DNA of 5,439 bases, taken from contig JADGIF010000657.1 of NCBI GenBank assembly GCA_018985225.1, positions 1 through 5,439 on the forward strand, written 5' to 3'. Below the pieces are notes generated by a model. It ran no database searches, was not told the origin of the DNA, and saw only the letters and a program-made list of their open reading frames with translations. A program made the position numbers and the translations under genes. Positions 1 to 5,439 of this stretch are shown piece by piece. The DNA is from Amoeboradix gromovi X-113 (lineage: Eukaryota; Fungi; Sanchytriomycota). Numbering within the stretch: the stretch's first letter is position 1; every line of letters begins with the position of its first letter.

Positions 1-124
1 ATACTCGTCAACTCCGCAACTAGCTGAATGTCCACTCGCCTCTTAAATCCATAAAGTAATAAAGCTGAAATAATGTTCCTAGTTGTTACAGAAAGTTAGT
101 CCAGTTTTTATATTTGATGTCCCA
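1..124 (-). repeat. Left copy of a ~124-bp inverted repeat, truncated by the window edge; LTR-like 5' end (TG...) reading outward
   Basis: 1-124 is the reverse complement of 5306-5428 with 2 substitutions (positions 39 and 90) and a 1-nt indel (around 76-77). Similarity stops sharply at ...GATGTCCCA(124). On the minus strand it begins TGGGACATCAAATATAAAAACTGG. Confidence 0.9.
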
Positions 125-239
125 AATGTTTGTTTTAAAGGGTTCCATAGTTTTTGTAGATTTTTTCTCATGTGATGTAAAGTTGATTGGTGCGTTAACG
201 GCAAAATTTTGAAGATTCAAAATTATTTTGAAACCTTTT

Positions 240-776
240 ATGCCAGGAACTGAATTTGAGGAACAAGTACAAACTGCTATTGCTGGTGGTAAGAAGACAG
301 CAGCTGCAATTAAGAAGCATTTGAAAAAGGAATATGAACACGAAGACTTTGATGAGGATCAGGAAGATGTTATCAAAAAATCGGTATCATCCAGCAAAAA
401 GAGAAAAGCTCCAAAAGATAGCGAAGAGAAAGAAAAGAAGGAAAGAAAGAAGAAAAAGTTAAGCGAACAGGCTCCCTCTCAAGTTAGCGAGGAATTGCGA
501 AAAATTACAAAGGTTGAATACTTACCAAGACAAGCTGTTTTGAAACTTATCTGGAAGTATATCAAAGAAAACGATTGCAAGGATCCTGAGGCCAAGAAGC
601 TATATCAATCTGATGATGTATTGCGACCTATCTATGGAGACACATTTGAATTTGCACATGTTAGCTCAGGTTTAACTCAACATTTGACAAAGGTAGAGGT
701 TTCCGATATTCCAACTAAAGAGTGGGAGAAATCTTTGAAAGTCTTAAAAGAGTTAGAATTGGAAGCGGAAAAGTAA
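240..776 (+). CDS. SWIB/MDM2-domain protein, UAF30/Spp27/Tri1-like (short N-terminal helical region, Lys/Glu-rich linker, SWIB domain), 178 aa
   Basis: VSEELRKITKVEYLPRQAVLKLIWKYIKENDCKDPEAKKLYQSDDVLRPIYGDTFEFAHVSSGLTQHL fits the SWIB consensus (LS.EL...LG....R..V.K.LW.YIK..NLQDP..K..I.CD..L..LFG.........L..HL). Basic NLS-like tracts KKRK and KKERKKKK are present. The start is moved from TTG 228 to the first ATG at 240; the stop is TAA 774-776. Confidence 0.85.
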   Translation: MPGTEFEEQVQTAIAGGKKTAAAIKKHLKKEYEHEDFDEDQEDVIKKSVSSSKKRKAPKDSEEKEKKERKKKKLSEQAPSQVSEELRKITKVEYLPRQAVLKLIWKYIKENDCKDPEAKKLYQSDDVLRPIYGDTFEFAHVSSGLTQHLTKVEVSDIPTKEWEKSLKVLKELELEAEK

Positions 777-1206
777 ATAATAATCATTTCTGTAATTAAC
801 CTGAACCAGGTTTATTCCCATTGAAACACCTTGTTCCCTGAAAAACAAGGACTCGCTTAGATGCTGCGTGCCAGCGACCTGTTGCAACAGTATCTGAAGT
901 CGCTGGAACTCTGACGTGGGATTGAATAGGGATGTGTATATTTCAAGTGTGCTCTTCACTGCCATGTAACCTCTCGAGCCAGTCACCGTTCCAAAGTCTT
1001 TGATGGTTTCGGAAGCTGAAAAGTATTGAGACAAGGCATTGACTTGTTTTTCAGGACCTCTTTGGTTTATTTGACGAGACGTTCGCATGTAAGATCAGCT
1101 CTTTTGGCGAGAAGTCTAAGACCCCGGCGACCCTTGAATCGCTTTTAAATGCTAGAAGAGCTTTTTCTAGATACTGCTGCAAGGCTATCTCGGCGATAAA
1201 TAGCAT
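753..1206 (-). CDS. OAZ1: Putative ornithine decarboxylase antizyme, translated through a +1 ribosomal frameshift: join(1206..1054, 1052..753), 150 aa
   Basis: ORF1 runs from ATG 1206 and reads MLFIAEIALQQYLEKALLAFKSDSRVAGVLDFSPKELILHANVSSNKPKRS, ending TCC-TGA (1056-1051). Skipping one base enters the open +1 frame EKQVNALSQ...SMGINLVQVNYRNDYYLLFRFQF (TAA 755-753). UCC-UGA is the canonical antizyme shift site. The C-terminus loosely resembles the antizyme pattern (LLE...GF.LV...DY.(L/F)M). Protein similarity is weak and judged by eye. Confidence 0.6.
837..1055. repeat. Perfect 13-nt inverted repeat, arms 837-849 and 1043-1055, covering the frameshift site
   Basis: 837-849 is CCTGAAAAACAAG and 1043-1055 is CTTGTTTTTCAGG, an exact reverse complement. 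Confidence 0.85.
1051..1056 (-). other. Putative +1 programmed ribosomal frameshift site UCC-UGA
   Basis: The minus strand reads AAG AGG TCC TGA AAA. The stop of ORF1 lies inside the open +1 frame (GGT CCT GAA AAA). Confidence 0.6.
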
Positions 1207-1223
1207 TGGATTACGATATATGT

Positions 1224-1229
1224 TTTATT
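1224..1229 (-). terminator. AATAAA polyadenylation-signal-like hexamer overlapping the stop of the coiled-coil gene
   Basis: The minus strand reads AAG TAA ATAAAA, so AATAAA shares the last base of the TAA stop. Confidence 0.5.
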
Positions 1230-3022
1230 TACTTAGGATCATCTACTGTCCTGGAGATCTTCAATTGAAGCTGATCTATTTTACTTAGTGCTATCCGTCT
1301 CTCTTCCATTACGCTGTCCAGCTTTTTTAAATTCTTTTGGATTATTTCTTGTTGTTTCCTGGAAAATCCTCTAAGTTCTATAACACTTTCCTGCGCACGC
1401 CTATACATGCCTTGAGTCTCTTTTAATTCTTTTTCATACTGTAAATTGATGTTAGAAATGTCTGTCAATCTTTTACTGCAGGAATCATATTTAAGGCAAA
1501 ATGCTTTCAAAGCCTCTTTAAGGCTTTCAATCACCTTCTCATAATTTTCGCAATTCCTGTTATTTTTTGCAGAATATAATGTTTGTAACTTGGAATGTTC
1601 AGCTTCCAATTTAGTGTTTAGAGACAATAAGTTTTGATTTTTCAATTCCAAGTCTTTAACAATAACGTCAAACTCGGCCTGTGATGTGTCTAGAGTTCTA
1701 GACAACTGCTTAGCCTTTTCAACAGACTCTATATTTTCTTGTTCCATCTGTGCTTTCAGCTTACTGTATCTCACTTGCAAATTGTCAAAATCTGCCTCAG
1801 TTGACTTGAGAATGTTTCTTTTTTTGTCTCTTTCAAGTATGGCGGCTGATAAGTGACTTTCTAACAAGTTAATCTGCTCAACTAACAACCTTTTCTCTTT
1901 TAAAAACTTTTCCTCTGAATCCTGTGAGCACTTCTTCATATCTGTATAGTCTTCTTCCGCTCTGGATTTAGAAAGTTCTACTTCTCTTAAACGCAGATTA
2001 AGGTTGTGGATAATCATCTCATAATTATCATTTTGAGAAGGCTCATCCATTATTTTTTGAATATGGTGCTGTAAATCTCTGTTTTCCGTCATTATCTTTT
2101 GCAAATTATTGTTAAGCTGAATTATTTCATCTTCTTTATTTTTGATAACCTGCGATAGCTTCATTTGGGTCTCTTGTAATGTGAAATCCAACTTAAGAAC
2201 CTTCTCTTCATATGTTTTACTGAAGTTTATAGCATCAATCGATGCTTTCTCTGATTTCTTATTCAGGGACTCAAGTAAAATTTTGTTTTCGTTTTCATAC
2301 TGTTTAGCTTTGGTGGTCAATTTCATGTTTTCATCTTGAATTTTTTGGCTTTCTTTAAGTTGCTCTTTTTCTTTGAAAATTAGTTCCCTGTACCTGCAAT
2401 CGCTGTCGTCACACTTTTTAGATATTTCTATTGCTGATTTCTTGGTATCACAAATAATCCTTTCAGTCTTTGTCAAAACATTTTCCAAGTATATAATTTT
2501 ATCTTCTTTTTCTTTTACTATCCGCTTATATTTAGCTTCGGCTTCCTTTGTCACTTCATTTGCCCGCTGAACATAGTTTTGAAAATCTAGAACACATGTT
2601 TTATATTTCGTCGTTACTTCTTCAATTCCGTGTTGATACACATCTAGCTTCTCGGAGGCCGCTTGTAATGTAGACTCGGCATCATTCAAATACATTGATA
2701 GCTCCTCATTTTCCTGCTCCAAGTGCTCAACCTGTTGTTCTAGTTGGATTACTTGAAGATGATTTATGTCATTTGCAGAATCACTTCTCCTTACATCCAT
2801 ACTCTTTATCGAATCTTTTATTTCTCTAGATTCTTTCTCATAGATCTTGATAATATGAGCTTGTTCTTTGATTTTATGATCATACAAGGCAATCAATGGA
2901 TCTAGAATTTTTTGATCAAAGAGATAATCTTTGTTAGGCAATAGTTGTATGTTTATAAATTTAGATAGTTCTTCTTGTAGTCTTAGTATATGCTCTTTTA
3001 GAAATATGACTTCATTGGTCAT
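1229..3022 (-). CDS. SCLT1: Long coiled-coil protein, likely SCLT1-like centriolar distal-appendage protein, 597 aa
   Basis: Uninterrupted E/K/Q/L-rich heptad ORF, so coding status is secure. The N-terminus MTNEVIFLKEHILRLQEELSKF...DYLFDQKILDPLIALYDHKIKEQAHIIKIYEKE resembles the human SCLT1 N-terminus as I recall it (MAAEIDFLREQNRRLNEDFRRY...LVFDQSFLAPLVTEYDKHLGELNGQLKYYQKQ). That match also supports ATG 3022 over ATG 3076. The confidence value refers to the identity call. Confidence 0.6.
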   Translation of the reverse strand: MTNEVIFLKEHILRLQEELSKFINIQLLPNKDYLFDQKILDPLIALYDHKIKEQAHIIKIYEKESREIKDSIKSMDVRRSDSANDINHLQVIQLEQQVEHLEQENEELSMYLNDAESTLQAASEKLDVYQHGIEEVTTKYKTCVLDFQNYVQRANEVTKEAEAKYKRIVKEKEDKIIYLENVLTKTERIICDTKKSAIEISKKCDDSDCRYRELIFKEKEQLKESQKIQDENMKLTTKAKQYENENKILLESLNKKSEKASIDAINFSKTYEEKVLKLDFTLQETQMKLSQVIKNKEDEIIQLNNNLQKIMTENRDLQHHIQKIMDEPSQNDNYEMIIHNLNLRLREVELSKSRAEEDYTDMKKCSQDSEEKFLKEKRLLVEQINLLESHLSAAILERDKKRNILKSTEADFDNLQVRYSKLKAQMEQENIESVEKAKQLSRTLDTSQAEFDVIVKDLELKNQNLLSLNTKLEAEHSKLQTLYSAKNNRNCENYEKVIESLKEALKAFCLKYDSCSKRLTDISNINLQYEKELKETQGMYRRAQESVIELRGFSRKQQEIIQKNLKKLDSVMEERRIALSKIDQLQLKISRTVDDPK

Positions 3023-3053
3023 CACTGGCCTAGTGAAATTAAAAAGATAAATG

Positions 3054-3059
3054 TTTATT
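3054..3059 (-). terminator. AATAAA polyadenylation-signal-like hexamer overlapping the PGM2 stop
   Basis: The minus strand reads GGC TTT TAA TAA ACA, giving TAATAAA. Confidence 0.5.
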
Positions 3060-4773
3060 AAAAGCCTTTCAACCATTCTTTTAGTACCAACGCCTCCAAT
3101 TCCTTCGACTTTCTGTCCACTGTTAATTTAGTGGTCTCTAGGTCTTTGCTTTTACCTGCAACTTCTATATAATACTTCAACTTTGGTTCGGTTCCGCTTG
3201 CTCTTAAAGTCAACCATGCACCGCCATATTCTATAGTATCATTTTCTAATGTGAACTTGAATTGAATCATTGGTGAAGACTGCCTTGGTAATTTAGTTTT
3301 ATTGTCATTTGTTGTTGAATCATATTCTTCGTTTAAATCTTGTATTTCGACTACTTTGAAGCCGCCTATGTGTGAGGGATAAGTATAATCTTTATATTTC
3401 CATCCATTCTCATCAGCTACATGTCTCAGTTTATTTATAACACTTTTGATCTTGGACTTATCAGAACAAGTAATATACCCGTTTGATGTCCCAAAATACC
3501 CATACTGTTGATACAAATCATCCAAAAATTCAAACGCATTTTTCCTCTGGCTCTTTATATGCCCCAATAGATTTATTAAAACAACCATTGACTTTACACC
3601 ATCCTTGTCTTTAATATCCCAATCAGGAAAGTCACCCACCATATATCCCAACGCTTCTTCATATGCCAGAACCAGCTTGTATCCTTGCTCGTGTAGATCT
3701 AAACTAGTTGCTGCCATCCATTTGAATCCAGTCAAACATGTGACAGCCAAAACATTTTCAGATTTTGCCATTTCTACAAACATTTTAGAGCTGACGACAG
3801 AAGATACTACGCACCTTTTGCCTTTTGAGTTCTTAAGAAGCCAATATCCTAACATTATTCCCAATTGGTCGCCATTGAACATCTTAAATGATCCATTAAA
3901 CTTCTCAGCTAATGCCAATCTGTCTTGGTCAGGGTCGTTTGCAATAACAAGAGGTATATTTAGCCTGTTAGCTGTTTCTATCGCCAAGTCTAAAGCACCT
4001 TGCTCTTCTGGATTAGGGAACGCAACTGTGGGGAAATCAGGGTTTGGCAGTTCTTGTTCTTTCACAACAACTAAGGAAACATCGGGTAAACAGCGCTTAA
4101 CCACCAAATCGAGCATTTCAAGACCTATCCCATGAATCGGTGTGTAAACTGCCTCAATTGGTAACGTTTTAGGAAGGCATTGGATTGTCCTTAAAACCGA
4201 TTGCGTATACAGATAAATCAGCTCAGAATGAACGTTCTTATGGTTGTTAGAAGTAGAATCAAAGATGGTGATTTCGAGGTTGTCAAGAATACTCTCTGCA
4301 ATTTGCTTGTCAAACGGATTCACAAGTTGACAGCCATTTTCCAAATAAATTTTAATTCCGTTATATTCTTTGGGATTATGGCTGGCAGTCACCATGACAC
4401 CCAATGATTTATAATGAGATGATGCAAATGATACAAGAGGCGTAGCGCACTGACTAAGCCAATAAACATTATAATTTGCATTTTGGAATATGTTTGCAGT
4501 TAGCAACGCAAATTCTAACGAATGGTGTCTATGATCGTGTCCCACAACAACTTCGCGATTTGGTGATGATTTTAGATGCCATTGTAGAAGACCTTGTGCC
4601 ATCTGAACAACAGTAATGCCGTTCATATAGCGAGTGCCTATTTCACAAACTTCACGTAGTCCAGCAGTTCCGAACTGAATTCTAGGATGGAAATAGCTTT
4701 GAATATTATGCTCTGTTACCTTTTTTAGGAATTCCTCCGATTCTGTTGGATAGTATTTCAAATAAATATCCAT
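3058..4773 (-). CDS. PGM2: Alpha-D-phosphohexomutase, eukaryotic PGM2/PGM2L1/yeast Prm15-type phosphoglucomutase/phosphopentomutase, 571 aa
   Basis: Motifs FGTAGLR, catalytic phosphoserine loop TASHNPKEYNGIK (about 4389-4351), PDFPTVAFPNPEE, metal loop NDPDQDR, TGFKWM, sugar-binding YEEALGY, DKDGV and phosphate-binding LRASGTEPKLKYYIE. The start is moved from TTG 4785 to ATG 4773. Confidence 0.93.
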   Translation of the reverse strand: MDIYLKYYPTESEEFLKKVTEHNIQSYFHPRIQFGTAGLREVCEIGTRYMNGITVVQMAQGLLQWHLKSSPNREVVVGHDHRHHSLEFALLTANIFQNANYNVYWLSQCATPLVSFASSHYKSLGVMVTASHNPKEYNGIKIYLENGCQLVNPFDKQIAESILDNLEITIFDSTSNNHKNVHSELIYLYTQSVLRTIQCLPKTLPIEAVYTPIHGIGLEMLDLVVKRCLPDVSLVVVKEQELPNPDFPTVAFPNPEEQGALDLAIETANRLNIPLVIANDPDQDRLALAEKFNGSFKMFNGDQLGIMLGYWLLKNSKGKRCVVSSVVSSKMFVEMAKSENVLAVTCLTGFKWMAATSLDLHEQGYKLVLAYEEALGYMVGDFPDWDIKDKDGVKSMVVLINLLGHIKSQRKNAFEFLDDLYQQYGYFGTSNGYITCSDKSKIKSVINKLRHVADENGWKYKDYTYPSHIGGFKVVEIQDLNEEYDSTTNDNKTKLPRQSSPMIQFKFTLENDTIEYGGAWLTLRASGTEPKLKYYIEVAGKSKDLETTKLTVDRKSKELEALVLKEWLKGF

Positions 4774-4850
4774 TGGATGTAACAAAAAATGTAATCATAT
4801 CTGACTCGCTATAAAACTTGATTACTCGATTTACACAATTGTGCATGTTC

Positions 4851-4874
4851 TTTCACCTAAATATTTGGGTGAAA
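4851..4874. promoter_or_regulatory. 24-bp near-perfect palindrome upstream of PGM2
   Basis: TTTCACCTAAATATTTGGGTGAAA is self-complementary except for one T/G pair. A regulatory role is inferred only from its position. Confidence 0.35.
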
Positions 4875-5305
4875 TATTTTATCATTTCTGCCTGTCTTGT
4901 CTTTTATCATTTTTCTGCAGAAATTAAATGTCTTCAAGATTTGATGTGTTGTGTTTACAACGCTTTTGGAACCTGGTGAGCCTAGTGAATGCTTAGACAT
5001 CATTGAAAAGCTAGCTAAGATTTCCGTCTGACTGCACTTAGTACTTATGCTATGGAGATACCTAGTCGCAGGGCTTCCTTTTTTTGCACGAACAAACAGA
5101 TGAGAGGTTAAGCATCTACTGCAAGATCTGTTATGGTTTGTACAGGCATAGCTTAGCTAATAATGATTGATATCATTACCAAAGATGAGTTGAGTAAAAA
5201 GCTCAATGGTATCCCACTTATGCCCTAAATACCGTTAGACAAGTTTTTTGCATTTATTCATAAGAGACTATCATATTCGTAGTTGATTAAATTAGCTTTT
5301 AAATA

Positions 5306-5439
5306 TGGGACATCAAATATAAAAACTGGACTAACTTTCAGTAACAACTAGGACATTATTTCAGCTTTATTACTTTATGGATTTAAGAGACGAGTGGACA
5401 TTCAGCTAGTTGCGGAGTTGACGAGTATAAAAGGAAAAT
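5306..5439 (+). mobile_element. Right copy of the inverted repeat; probable 5' part of a retrotransposon LTR running off the window edge
   Basis: 5306-5428 matches the reverse complement of 1-124. It starts with TG exactly at the homology boundary and contains TATAAAAG at 5426-5433, as expected for an LTR U3 region. No terminal CA, primer-binding site or coding domain is visible, so the element class is inferred. Confidence 0.5.

Noticed and set aside
228-239. TTG start for the SWIB gene
   Set aside because: The context is eukaryotic, and an in-frame ATG lies four codons downstream at 240.
943-1053. UGA readthrough or selenocysteine decoding of ORF1
   Set aside because: The zero frame hits another TGA after about 35 codons with no recognisable motif, whereas the +1 frame stays open to the neighbouring gene.
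753-1088. Stand-alone 111-aa ORF starting at ATG 1088
   Set aside because: It is better explained as ORF2 of a frameshifted gene. An upstream ATG at 1206 opens a frame ending at TCC-TGA within it, and 1089-1228 would otherwise be an unusually long spacer for this window.
780-1200. Structured ncRNA (RNase P/MRP, group I intron) suggested by several small hairpins
   Set aside because: No conserved signature boxes were recognised, and the two-ORF coding model accounts for the whole interval.
2142-2570. Two 65-aa plus-strand ORFs (2142-2339 and 2373-2570)
   Set aside because: Ser/Phe/Leu-rich antisense shadows of the E/K-rich coiled-coil gene, with TTG starts.
3023-3076. N-terminal extension of the coiled-coil gene from ATG 3076, overlapping PGM2
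   Set aside because: The extension translates the AT-rich spacer and poly(A)-like signal; the SCLT1-like similarity begins at ATG 3022.
3605-4407. Plus-strand ORFs 3605-4135 and 4201-4407
   Set aside because: Antisense to the well-conserved PGM2 CDS, with TTG starts and no recognisable motifs.
240-4773. Bacterial operon, or a non-standard (TAR=Gln) genetic code
   Set aside because: The protein families and AATAAA signals are eukaryotic and no Shine-Dalgarno motifs were seen. The long ORFs are open in the standard code and end at TAA after complete-looking C-termini.
4774-4785. TTG start for PGM2
   Set aside because: An in-frame ATG at 4773 is available and gives a plausible N-terminus.
4928-4996. 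Short plus-strand ORF MSSRFDVLCLQRFWNLVSLVNA with a possible GTGAGC donor
   Set aside because: Only 22 aa; splicing to the nearby TTAG acceptor at 4996 meets a stop within a few codons.

Overview
AT-rich, extremely compact, apparently intronless eukaryotic gene island. It probably comes from a flagellated or zoosporic fungus-like lineage, which is an inference from the SCLT1-like gene. A plus-strand SWIB-domain gene (UAF30/Spp27-like, 240-776) converges on three tightly packed minus-strand genes: a PGM2-type phosphomutase (4773-3058), a long coiled-coil SCLT1-like protein (3022-1229), and a gene the ORF track splits. That split gene has a 51-codon ORF1 (1206-1051) ending in TCC-TGA, followed by a +1-frame ORF2 (1052-753). 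This is the architecture of ornithine decarboxylase antizyme, which uses a programmed +1 frameshift. A perfect 13-nt inverted repeat could pair the shift site with a segment about 190 nt downstream. The island is bracketed by a roughly 124-bp near-identical inverted repeat (1-124 and 5306-5428) that resembles two outward-facing LTR 5' ends, or alternatively terminal inverted repeats.
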